Source of the DNA: an uncultured delta proteobacterium
Lineage (GTDB): Bacteria > Myxococcota > UBA727 > VGSZ01
DNA length: 64,000 bases
NCBI GenBank assembly: GCA_963775425.1
Contig: CAVZJB010000008.1
Coordinates: 256,001 to 320,000 of the forward strand
Reading direction: 5' to 3'
The stretch's first letter is position 1. Each line of letters starts with the position of its first letter. This document shows, piece by piece, positions 1-13,010 of this stretch. Under the pieces are notes generated by a model. That model was given only the letters and a program-made list of their open reading frames with translations, searched no databases and was not told where the DNA came from. The position numbers were made by a program, and so were the translations under genes.

Positions 1-655
1 TGGACGCGCGCATGCCGGTCTTGTCGTGGATCTTCTGGCCCACCGAGAACCCGGCGGCGCCGCGCTCGGCGACCAACGTGGACAGCTCGGGGCGCGCCTC
101 GGTGCCGCCGGTGCGGGCGTAGAACAACATCACGTCGCACGGGGTCTTCTCGTCGTCGACGGCGCCGTTGGTGATCCACATCTTGCGGCCGTTGACGACG
201 TACTCGTCGCCCTTCTTCACCGCCGTGGTCTTCATGCCCATGACGTCGGTGCCGGCGCCGGGCTCGCTCATGCCCATGGCCCCGACGTGCTCGCCCGACA
301 TCAGCTTGGGCAGGAAGCGGCGGCGCTGCTCGGCGGACGCGTTGCGCGCGAGGTTGTTCACGCACAGCATCGAGTGCGCGAGGTACGCCAGGCAGAAGCC
401 GGGGTCGGCGGCGCTCAGCTCCTCGTGCACGATCACCGCGGCCGTGGCGTCCATGCCGGCGCCGCCGTCCTCTTCGGAGACCGTGATCCCGAGCAAGCCC
501 ATCTCGCCGAGCTTCCGGAACAGCGGCAGGTTGAATTTCTCGGCGCGATCGTGCGCCAGGGCCTGGGGCTCCACCTCGGCGGTCACGAAGCCCCGGACGG
601 TGTCGCGCAACATCTTGTGCTCCTCGGTGGGAGCGTAGAGGTCGATCTGAGCCAT
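1..655 (-). CDS. Acyl-CoA dehydrogenase (isovaleryl-CoA dehydrogenase-like); 3' end runs off the window
   Basis: Manual minus-strand translation from ATG 655: MAQIDLYAPTEEHKMLRDTVRGF...GEMGLLGIT...GAMGMSEPGAGTDV...NGRKMWITNG...KTGMRAS, which contains the classic ACAD motifs. Confidence 0.9.
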   Translation of the reverse strand, partial: MAQIDLYAPTEEHKMLRDTVRGFVTAEVEPQALAHDRAEKFNLPLFRKLGEMGLLGITVSEEDGGAGMDATAAVIVHEELSAADPGFCLAYLAHSMLCVNNLARNASAEQRRRFLPKLMSGEHVGAMGMSEPGAGTDVMGMKTTAVKKGDEYVVNGRKMWITNGAVDDEKTPCDVMLFYARTGGTEARPELSTLVAERGAAGFSVGQKIHDKTGMRAS

Positions 656-708
656 GTGCGCCGGGTGCCACGTTGCATGCGACCCCGCAACGGCACCAGC
701 ATCAAGGG

Positions 709-4896
<4,188 letters not shown>

Positions 4897-4949
4897 ACGA
4901 GCCCCGGGCGCGGTTGCGGCGCAACGCCCAGCGCGTACGCTCCCGGTCC

Positions 4950-7900
4950 ATGCCTTTCGCTCGCCTCTCCTTCGTCGCCGCCGTGGCGGCCGCCGCGCTG
5001 AGCGGTGCCTGCAGCTTCAAGCTTGACCGCCTCGACGGCGTCTCGCCCGGCGACATCGCCGGCACGAGCATCGAGGACGACACCGGCGACGCCGCCGCGT
5101 TCGCGCGCGTCGAGCCCATGGGCGCGTCCAAGGTGTTTCGCGCGCTGCAGTCGGGCGCGTTCGTCGTCAACGGGCTGCCCGCCGGCGCGTTCGTGCTCAA
5201 GATGTCCGAGGACACCGACGGCGACGGCTTCCTCGAGCGCGGCGCCTACCGCGCCGTCAGCCTCAGGAACATCACCAACCCCGACGGCAACAAGGAGCTC
5301 AGCTCCGTGCTCCTCGGCACCGTGCGCCTGCAGGGCACCGCCGACGTCACCGGGCGCGTGCTGCGCGACGACACCGGGGCGCCGCTCGCCGGCGCACAGG
5401 TGATCGCCTACCGCCGCGCCGACGACCTCGCCGGCGACGTCACCGCCCTCGTCGACGCCGCCGATCAACGCGTCGGCGATCAGAGCCTGCCCGCGGAGAG
5501 CGCCGTGGTCACCGGCGCCGACGGCACCTTCACGCTGCCCGGCGTGATGCCCGGCGACGCGCGCGTGCTCGCGCTCCTGCGCGACGGCACGGACCTGTTC
5601 GTGTTCGACAGCGGCAAGGTCCCCCTGGCCGCCGGCGACAGGAAGGACCTCGGCGACGTGCGCGCGCTCTTGCAGGCGGACGACCCGAAGGACGTACAGG
5701 TCAACGTCGTCGTCGGCGTCGGCGGTGGTGGCGGCGCCAACGACAGCGTCCACGTGCGCATCCAGAGGAGCGCCGATCCGCTCGGGCCGGCCGCCTTCGA
5801 CGGCGACGCCACCGCCAACAGCGACACCACCATCCAGCTCCCCATCGACACCTACGACGTGCTCGTCGTCGAGGGCAACAGCGTGCGCGGCGGCCTGCGC
5901 GGCGTCCCGTCCACCACCGACGAGGGCCAGGTCGCGCGCTGGGTGATCCTCCTCGACGCCGCCGACGGCTGCGACGCCGACAGCCGCGACCGCGACGGCG
6001 ACGGCCTCAAGTCCATCCCACTCGCGCGCATGGCCGAGTGCGCCGCGCAGTGCGCCGGGCAGGACGGCGCCGCCCGCTCCTCGGCGTCGTGCACGCTCGC
6101 CCCCGGCGGGACGGGGGACGGCGCCGACGGCGGCACCTTCGATTGCAACGACGACGGCGACGACGAAAACGATCCCGCCGAGGCCGCCTGCTTCGGCGCG
6201 TGCGCCGGCTCCGACGCCGACCGCGACGGCGTCTGCAGCGGCCCCGACCTCGATCCCTGCTGCGACGCAGCGGGGACCTGCCTGCCGCGCTGCTCGGGCA
6301 CCCCCGCGCCCTTCGACGGCGGCGTGCTCGTCGACGGCGGCAACAGCGACGGCGGCGCGCTCGTCGACGGCGGCGACGTCGACGGCGGCGCGCTCGTCGA
6401 CGGCGGCGACGTCGACGGTGGCGTGGGCGCCCCCGACGCAGGCTTCCCCGACGCGGGCGATCCTCCGTTCTTCGATCAGGTCGACGATCCCGGCGATCAG
6501 GACGGCGTGCGCTCCCTGAGCGTGGGCGTGGTGCCCGCGTTCCCCGCGCCCGGCCTCGCCGTCCTCACCGGCACGTTCAACGACGGCGACGACGGCCCGC
6601 TGCCGCCGGCGGCGCTCGGCGCCTGCAGCTTCAAGCGCGACGGCGCGGCCACCGCCATCAGCCCGAACGCCGGCTACGTGGCGTGGATCGATGCGCGCAC
6701 CGGCGTGTGCGTCGACAGCCTGGTCGTCGAGGGGCTCGCCGGCACCAACGAGGGCGCCCCCGACATCGCGGGCGCCGTGCAGAACGCCGCGGGCGAGACC
6801 TACCTCTTCGGCGACGGGGTCGGCGTCGTGCGCCTGCTCCGCGGCGCCGCCACGCTCGCCGACATCGACGGCAGCGCGCTCGACAAGCGCTTCGCGTTCG
6901 TCGCCCGCGTCGGCGCCGATCGCAGCACGCTGCTCGTGAAGCTCACCACCGTCCACGCGCTGCGCGTAAGCGGCAACGCCTCCGCCTCGTCGCTGTCCCT
7001 CGCCGGCGCCGACCTCGTCGTGTCCGGCACGCGCGACGGATCCTTCGACATCGGCGCCGCGTCGTTGCCGGCGCCCGGCACCGGCTGCTGCACCGACGTG
7101 TGGGTCGCGCGCCTCGCCGCCGACACGCTCGCGCCGGCGTGGGCCGTGCCCGTGGGCGACGTCGTCGACAGCATCAGCATCGACGCGGTCGACGCCCGCG
7201 AAGACCCCGCCAGCGGCGACGTCGTCCTGCTCAGCCGCGTGGGCTTCGGGAGCGTCACGTTCGGCAACGTGTCCGTGGCCGGCGACTTCAACTCAGGGCC
7301 GGGCACGGCGCTCGAGCGCTTCTCGAGCGCGGACGGCTCACCCAAGTGGCTGACGAGCATCGGCAACAATCCCGACTTCATCGGCATCGGCAGCTCCCTC
7401 GCGCTGTCGCCGTCCGGGGCCAAGCTCTTCGTCGGCGGCAGCTTCAAGGGGCCCGCGGCCTTCTTCTTCGGGCCCACCAACCCCGACTTCTTCGTCGAGC
7501 TCGACGCCGACGATCAGACGCGCGCCGCGTTCCTCCTCGGCTACGACCCCGCCACGGGCAATCCGCTCGACGGCGCGCACCTCGTCCTGCAGCCGGGGCC
7601 CGGCGAATTCGGCTCCGACCGCAGCGCCGAGGTCGACGCGCTCGACGTGCCCGACGACACCACCGTCATCGCCGGCGGCGACACCGACGCGGCGCTGGCG
7701 CTGCCGGGCGCGGCGGGCGTCGTGGTGGCGGGGCCGCACGAGCGCAAGGCGCGCTCCCCGTGGGTGGCGCGCTTCGACGGGCTCGCCGGCGTGTGGGCCG
7801 CCGCCGGCCGCGCGCTCGGCGGCGCAGGCAACGCGCTCGGCGCGAACGACAGCGTGCACGCCGTGCGCCTCCTCGACGACAACGCCGTGCTCGTCGCGGG

Positions 7901-9308
7901 CAACCTCGGCGGGCGCACGGTCCTCGGCGACGTCGCCGCGCTGCCGCGCCTGTCGGTGGAGAGCGCGTCGGACGCGTTCGTCTGGCGCGTCATCGACGGC
8001 GGCGGCACGCTGACGCACGGCTTCGAGGACAACGCCTGCAGCGCGCGCGCCGACTGCGGCGCCGGCGAGACCTGCGATCCGCGCTCGCTCACCTGCGTCG
8101 CCGCCTGCGCCGCCGACGGCGACTGCGCCGGCGCCACCTGCGACACCTTCACCGGCCTGTGCGGGGCCGCCTGCACCGGCGCCGGCGACTGCGGGAGCGA
8201 CCCGACCGCGCCCGCGTGCACCCGCGGCGTGTGCCTGCCGTCGTGCCTCACCACGCTGCCGGGGCTCCTGTGCAGCGCCGTCGACGAGTGCTGCGACTTC
8301 TCCGCGGGCGCGTGCACGGCGGCGCCCACGTTCTTCGACAGCGACGTCACGTGGGTGTTCGACGGCCAATCGGGCTTCTGGCAGCAGCGCTTCGTCTCGC
8401 CGTTCCCGCGGCCGCGCACCGGCGCCGCCATGGCGCAGCTCGGCGCGACGAGCGCGGTGCTCTTCGGCGGCCGCGCGCAGGGCGGCGCGCTGCTGTCGGA
8501 CACGCAGGTGTGGGACGGCGGCCAGCTCACGTGGACCGACACCGCCACCAACACCACGCCGCCTGCGCGCGAGGGCCACGCGATGGCGGAGGCGCCGAGC
8601 GCGCTGGCCGGCGCCGCGGTGCTGTTGTTCGGCGGCGACGCCGGCGGCGCGGTCATCGCCGGCGAAGACGGCTGGGTCTTCACGCGCGGCGACTGGTCGG
8701 CGGTGGCGCCCGGCGCCGACGGCACGCCGCCCGCGCGCACCGAAGCGGGCCTGGCCTTCGACGGCAACCACACGGTGTTCCTCTTCGGCGGCCGCGCGGC
8801 CGACGGCACGGTGCTCGGCGACCTCTGGCCGTTCGACACCGACACGCGCACGTGGGGCGCGGAGATCGCGCCCGGCGGCGGACCGGTGCCGCCGCGCGCC
8901 GGCCACATGATGGCGCTCGATCCCACCACGCAGGGGATCTTCGTGATCGGCGGCGTCGACGGCGCCGGCGCCGTCCTCGACGACGTCTGGCTCCTCGACC
9001 TCGGCGCCACGCCGCCGGCGTTCACGCAGGGAAACCCGCTGCCGGCGCCGCGCGCGTTCGCGGGGATCTCGCAGGATCCGGTGGGCGACGTCGTCCTCGT
9101 CGACGGCGTCGACGCGAGCGGCGCGCCCGCGCACGAGACGTTCCTGCTGCAGCCCGAGTCGGGCTCCTTCGCCTTTGCCGACGCGTTCCCGCCGGATCGC
9201 CGCGAGCGCCCGGCCATGGCGTTCGACGGCACGGCGGCCGTGCTGTTCGGCGGCGACGAGACGTCGAGCGACGGCATCTGCCCCGCGGTCGATCAGAACC
9301 TGCAGTAG
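4950..9308 (+). CDS. Large secreted lipoprotein (~1452 aa), tandem paralog B of 709..4896, with C-terminal kelch propeller
   Basis: MPFARLSFVAAVAAAALSGAC lipobox; shares DRLDGVxPGDI, SKVFRALQSG, LSSVLLGTVRLQGTA and RWVILLDxADGCDADSRDRDGDGLKSIP blocks with paralog A; kelch-type repeats. Confidence 0.85.
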   Translation: MPFARLSFVAAVAAAALSGACSFKLDRLDGVSPGDIAGTSIEDDTGDAAAFARVEPMGASKVFRALQSGAFVVNGLPAGAFVLKMSEDTDGDGFLERGAYRAVSLRNITNPDGNKELSSVLLGTVRLQGTADVTGRVLRDDTGAPLAGAQVIAYRRADDLAGDVTALVDAADQRVGDQSLPAESAVVTGADGTFTLPGVMPGDARVLALLRDGTDLFVFDSGKVPLAAGDRKDLGDVRALLQADDPKDVQVNVVVGVGGGGGANDSVHVRIQRSADPLGPAAFDGDATANSDTTIQLPIDTYDVLVVEGNSVRGGLRGVPSTTDEGQVARWVILLDAADGCDADSRDRDGDGLKSIPLARMAECAAQCAGQDGAARSSASCTLAPGGTGDGADGGTFDCNDDGDDENDPAEAACFGACAGSDADRDGVCSGPDLDPCCDAAGTCLPRCSGTPAPFDGGVLVDGGNSDGGALVDGGDVDGGALVDGGDVDGGVGAPDAGFPDAGDPPFFDQVDDPGDQDGVRSLSVGVVPAFPAPGLAVLTGTFNDGDDGPLPPAALGACSFKRDGAATAISPNAGYVAWIDARTGVCVDSLVVEGLAGTNEGAPDIAGAVQNAAGETYLFGDGVGVVRLLRGAATLADIDGSALDKRFAFVARVGADRSTLLVKLTTVHALRVSGNASASSLSLAGADLVVSGTRDGSFDIGAASLPAPGTGCCTDVWVARLAADTLAPAWAVPVGDVVDSISIDAVDAREDPASGDVVLLSRVGFGSVTFGNVSVAGDFNSGPGTALERFSSADGSPKWLTSIGNNPDFIGIGSSLALSPSGAKLFVGGSFKGPAAFFFGPTNPDFFVELDADDQTRAAFLLGYDPATGNPLDGAHLVLQPGPGEFGSDRSAEVDALDVPDDTTVIAGGDTDAALALPGAAGVVVAGPHERKARSPWVARFDGLAGVWAAAGRALGGAGNALGANDSVHAVRLLDDNAVLVAGNLGGRTVLGDVAALPRLSVESASDAFVWRVIDGGGTLTHGFEDNACSARADCGAGETCDPRSLTCVAACAADGDCAGATCDTFTGLCGAACTGAGDCGSDPTAPACTRGVCLPSCLTTLPGLLCSAVDECCDFSAGACTAAPTFFDSDVTWVFDGQSGFWQQRFVSPFPRPRTGAAMAQLGATSAVLFGGRAQGGALLSDTQVWDGGQLTWTDTATNTTPPAREGHAMAEAPSALAGAAVLLFGGDAGGAVIAGEDGWVFTRGDWSAVAPGADGTPPARTEAGLAFDGNHTVFLFGGRAADGTVLGDLWPFDTDTRTWGAEIAPGGGPVPPRAGHMMALDPTTQGIFVIGGVDGAGAVLDDVWLLDLGATPPAFTQGNPLPAPRAFAGISQDPVGDVVLVDGVDASGAPAHETFLLQPESGSFAFADAFPPDRRERPAMAFDGTAAVLFGGDETSSDGICPAVDQNLQ
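6315..6422 (+). repeat. Low-complexity DGG(A/V)LVDGG(D)V linker repeats
   Basis: Translation DGGVLVDGGNSDGGALVDGGDVDGGALVDGGDVDGG. Confidence 0.85.
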
Positions 9309-9378
9309 CGGCCGGCCGGCCGCGGCGAGCGCGCCGTCGACGGCTGCCGCGGCCCGCGGCCTGCGTTAGGCTCCTTCG

Positions 9379-10035
9379 ATGGCGAAGCCGAGGCACCACA
9401 TCCTGGTGCGCGCGACGCATTGGGCGAACGCCGCGCTGCTGACGGGCATGATCGCCAGCGGGCTGCAGATCTACGGCGCGTTCCCGCACCTCGGCACGCG
9501 CGAGCGTCACCTGCCGAACCCGTTCGACGGCACGCACTTCCCGGCGGGGATGCGCCTCGGCGGCTGGCTCGCGGGCGGGCTGCACTGGCACTTCACGCTC
9601 GCCTGGTTCTTCATCGCCACCGGCCTCGTCTACGCGGGCACGCTCGCCGTCACCGGCGCGTGGCGCACGCTCTTCATCCGCCCGCGCGAGCTGAAGGCGG
9701 CGGGACAGATGGCGCTGTACTACCTGCGCGTGCGCAAGGAGCACCCGCCGCAGGGCAAGCGCAACGCGCTGCAGAAGGGCGGCTACTCCTTCATCATCGC
9801 CCTCGGCGCGCTGTCGGTGCTCACCGGGCTCGCCGTGTACAAGCCCGTGCAGCTCTTCTGGCTCACGTGGCTGTTCGGCGGCTACGAGCTGGCGCGCACG
9901 TGGCACTTCGTCGCCGTGTGGATCTTCGCGGCGTTCACGGTGGCGCACGTCGCCATGGTGTTCCTCGTCGACCCGTCGTCGCTGCGCGCGATGACCACCG
10001 GCGGCTACCGGGGGAGGTTCCCCGATGACCCGTGA
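9379..10035 (+). CDS. Cytochrome b/b6-domain membrane protein (Ni-hydrogenase cyt b / YdhU-like)
   Basis: VRATHWANA, ASGLQIY, GGWLAGGLHWHF, NALQK..Y, ARTWHF and AHV heme-ligand His motifs; 4 TM segments. Confidence 0.85.
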   Translation: MAKPRHHILVRATHWANAALLTGMIASGLQIYGAFPHLGTRERHLPNPFDGTHFPAGMRLGGWLAGGLHWHFTLAWFFIATGLVYAGTLAVTGAWRTLFIRPRELKAAGQMALYYLRVRKEHPPQGKRNALQKGGYSFIIALGALSVLTGLAVYKPVQLFWLTWLFGGYELARTWHFVAVWIFAAFTVAHVAMVFLVDPSSLRAMTTGGYRGRFPDDP

Positions 10036-10711
10036 CCGTCCCGCCGCGCCCGCGCCGCGCCTCGCGCTCCCCCGGCGCCGCCTGCTGACGCTCGCCGCAA
10101 CGCTGCCGGTGGCGGCGGCGTGCGAGCCCATCGGCCGCTTCAACGACTGGCTCGGCGGCGCGCTGCAGGGCGATCACCTCGCGCCCGAGTACACGCGCAC
10201 CACGAGCGACTTCCCCGCCTACTTCATCTCGCCGTCGATGCCCGAGCTCGACGACCCTGCGACGTGGACGCTCGCCGTCGGCGGCCTCGTGAAGACACCG
10301 ATGCGGCTCACCCTCGAGCAGCTCAAGGCGCTGCCGCGCACCACCATGACCGTGAAGCACTTCTGCGTCGAGGGATGGTCGGCCATCTCCACCTGGAGCG
10401 GCGTGCGCATCTCGGCGCTCGCGCAGCTCGTGCAGCCGCTCGCCGACGCGCGCTACGTCCGCTTCGACTCCTTCGACAACGGGTATTTCAACGGCTGGGA
10501 CATGAAGAGCGCCATGCACCGCCAGACGCTCCTCGCGTACGCGTGGAACGACCGCGACCTCGCGCCCGATCACGGCGCGCCGCTGCGCTTGGCCTCCGCG
10601 ATCAAGCTCGGCTACAAGCTCACCAAGTACCTGACGTCGGTGACCTTCACCGCCGAGCGGCCCGGCGGCTATTGGGAAGACCAGGGCTACCCGTGGTTCG
10701 GCGGCGTCTGA
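10025..10711 (+). CDS. Molybdopterin-dependent oxidoreductase, sulfite oxidase/MsrP-like catalytic subunit
   Basis: Tat-like RRRLL; HFCVEGWS Mo-ligand Cys; HGAPLRL, KLGYK, GGYWEDQGY; overlaps the cyt b gene. Confidence 0.88.
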   Translation: MTRDRPAAPAPRLALPRRRLLTLAATLPVAAACEPIGRFNDWLGGALQGDHLAPEYTRTTSDFPAYFISPSMPELDDPATWTLAVGGLVKTPMRLTLEQLKALPRTTMTVKHFCVEGWSAISTWSGVRISALAQLVQPLADARYVRFDSFDNGYFNGWDMKSAMHRQTLLAYAWNDRDLAPDHGAPLRLASAIKLGYKLTKYLTSVTFTAERPGGYWEDQGYPWFGGV

Positions 10712-11601
10712 GGCGCGGAGCCCGACGTTGATGTCGACGATGATTGCGACGACGATTGCGGCGGCGGCGGCGGCGGCGGCTTGGGCGCCGTCACCTTCAT
10801 GGCCGCGAGCGCCGTGCGCGCGTCGGCGGCCTCCGCGGAGCTCGGGTGCTCGCGCACGAGCTGTTGGTACAGGCGCGCGGCGGTGTCCGCGTCGCTGAGC
10901 TTCTCGTCGGCGATCTGCGCCGCCTGCAACAGCGCGTACGGCGCCTTGGGCGTGTCACCGAACTCGTCGGCCACGCGCTGGTAGCGCCACAGCGCGCCCT
11001 GCCACTTCTGGCGCTCGGCGTAGAACTTGGCGGCGTACAGGTCGGTGTCGGCGAGGCGCGCGCGCGCCTCGGTGCGCAGGCGCTTGGCCTCCTTGACGTT
11101 TTCGTCGTCGGGGAAGCGGGCGAGGTACTCGTCGAACGCCTTGATGGCGTCGCGCGCGGCCGACTGGTCCTTCTCGACGGCCGTGGGGAACCACCACACG
11201 TCCTGGTCGATCTCCTTGGAGTACGCGAGCGCGATGCGGAAGGTGGCGTAGGGCACCTTCTCGTGCCGCGGGTGGAAGCGCACGAAGATGCGGTAGGCGT
11301 CGGCGGCCTCGAGCCACTTCTCGCGCGCGAAGTGCGCGTCGGCGGTGCGCAGCTCGGCGAGCACGGCGTACTTGGAGTACGGGTACTTGTTCTTCACGTG
11401 GTCGAAGAACTTCACGGCCTCCGGGAAGCGGCCGTCCTTCATGGCCGTCTCGCCCTCTTCGAAATTCTGGCGCGCGGTCTCCTGATAGTCGACCTGTGTG
11501 TCCTGGAGGTTGGTCTCGAAGGCCTTGCAGCCCCCGAGGGTCCCGATGAGCACGGCGGCGAAGGCGAAGCGGCGAAGGGCGGTGCGCGAGAGGGCGGTCA
11601 C
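10687..11601 (-). CDS. bamD: Outer membrane protein assembly factor BamD
   Basis: Lipobox TLGGC; KYPYSKYA, FVRFHPRHEKVPYA, EKDQ and LARFPD TPR motifs; GTG start overlaps the upstream TGA. Confidence 0.88.
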   Translation of the reverse strand: MTALSRTALRRFAFAAVLIGTLGGCKAFETNLQDTQVDYQETARQNFEEGETAMKDGRFPEAVKFFDHVKNKYPYSKYAVLAELRTADAHFAREKWLEAADAYRIFVRFHPRHEKVPYATFRIALAYSKEIDQDVWWFPTAVEKDQSAARDAIKAFDEYLARFPDDENVKEAKRLRTEARARLADTDLYAAKFYAERQKWQGALWRYQRVADEFGDTPKAPYALLQAAQIADEKLSDADTAARLYQQLVREHPSSAEAADARTALAAMKVTAPKPPPPPPPQSSSQSSSTSTSGSAPQTPPNHG

Positions 11602-12896
11602 AACTCGAGTCGATAACCGAGGAGCACGCCCGCGGCAATCGGCGCGAAATTCGCGACCTTGTCGGACAGATCCGCGCACACGTCGACGGGCGCGGCGATG
11701 AGGAAGCGGCCGGGGCCCGCGGGGAACGTCGCCTCGGGGGCGACGCGCAGCGTCCCGCCCACCACGGTCACGGTCTGCAGGATGCCGGCACCGGACACCG
11801 TGTGCTGCGTGATGCGTGCGCCCACGCCCACCGCGAGATCGAGCTCGGCGTCGAGCATGTCGAGGAGGCCGAGGCCGAGGATGCCCTCGAGCCGCACGCG
11901 CGTCGACGCCGCGTCCCAGCGGCCGTTGGAGATGTCCTTCACGAACGCGCCCTGGCCCTCGAAGTCCAGCGCGACGCCGAGCGCGGCGTCCACGGCGCGG
12001 GGCCCGAGCATCACGCGCACGCCGCCCGCGGGCACGAGCGTCTCGAGCCCGTTGACGACGGCCGAGCCGCCCGCGTGCACCTCGGCGTAGACCTTGGGGA
12101 ACGCGAGCGCGCCGGCGTCGCGCCCCGCGGGGGCGCTCGAACGCTCGCGCGCAGGCTCCGTCGCCGGCGGCGCCGTCGTCGTCGACGGTGCCGTCGTCGT
12201 CGTCGTCGCCGTCGTCGTCGGGGCCGGGGGCGTCGTCGTCGTCGCCGGCGTCGTCGCGGGGGGCGTCGTCGCGGGCGTCGTCGTCGTCGTCGCGGCCGGG
12301 GGGGGCGTCGCGGGTGGCGTCGTCGTCGCGGGTGGCGTCGTCGTCGCGGGCGGCGTCGTCGCGGGCGTCGCGGTGGCGGTCGTCGAGGCGGGCGGCGTCG
12401 AGGCGGGCGGCGTCGAGGCGGGCGGCGTCGCCGGCTCGCTCGCAGCAGGCGCGGTGTCGCTCAAGGGGACCAGCGGGATGTCGGCGTTGTTGGGGGGCGC
12501 GCGCTCGACCCCGATCCGGAGGGCCATGGGCTCGTGGACCTTGATCTGCACCACCGCGCTCCCCGTCGGCAGCGGCACCCGCTGGTGCTCGGGGTGGGAC
12601 GCAAAGAGCTTGCCCACGGCGCGCCCGCGGACGGTGGGGGCGGTGATGGTCAGGGTGCGCGCGTGGCGGTCGATGGTGACGGTCAGGTGCGCGCGCCCCT
12701 TGCCCAGGCGAGCGATGCGCACGACGTCGAGGGCGAGCTCGTCGCGCGGCGCTGCGTCATCGATGACGACGATGATCGGGGTCTCCGGGACGGCCTCGAT
12801 GAAGCCGGGCTCGAGGGCGAACGCCGGCGGGTTGCCCCGGACGTCGACGTGGGCGTCGGCGGCGACGACGAGCGAGAGCGCGAGCCAGGGGAGCAC
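11598..12896 (-). CDS. Secreted protein with Pro/Thr-rich linker and probable C-terminal outer-membrane beta-barrel
   Basis: Signal peptide; PATTPP repeats; alternating amphipathic strands ending GVLLGYRLEL. Confidence 0.65.
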   Translation of the reverse strand: MLPWLALSLVVAADAHVDVRGNPPAFALEPGFIEAVPETPIIVVIDDAAPRDELALDVVRIARLGKGRAHLTVTIDRHARTLTITAPTVRGRAVGKLFASHPEHQRVPLPTGSAVVQIKVHEPMALRIGVERAPPNNADIPLVPLSDTAPAASEPATPPASTPPASTPPASTTATATPATTPPATTTPPATTTPPATPPPAATTTTTPATTPPATTPATTTTPPAPTTTATTTTTAPSTTTAPPATEPARERSSAPAGRDAGALAFPKVYAEVHAGGSAVVNGLETLVPAGGVRVMLGPRAVDAALGVALDFEGQGAFVKDISNGRWDAASTRVRLEGILGLGLLDMLDAELDLAVGVGARITQHTVSGAGILQTVTVVGGTLRVAPEATFPAGPGRFLIAAPVDVCADLSDKVANFAPIAAGVLLGYRLEL

Positions 12897-13010
12897 TGCG
12901 GGAGCCTACCTTGACCCGCGATGTGCGCGCTCCTTTGCGACCGGAGGCGGCGGCTCAAGCGGGCCTCGTTTTGCTTGGTGACCTCGTGGCGTGGTACCTC
13001 AAGCAGACAC

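Noticed and set aside
12165-12430. GTC-rich repeats
   Set aside because: Encode the Pro/Thr linker of the minus-strand gene
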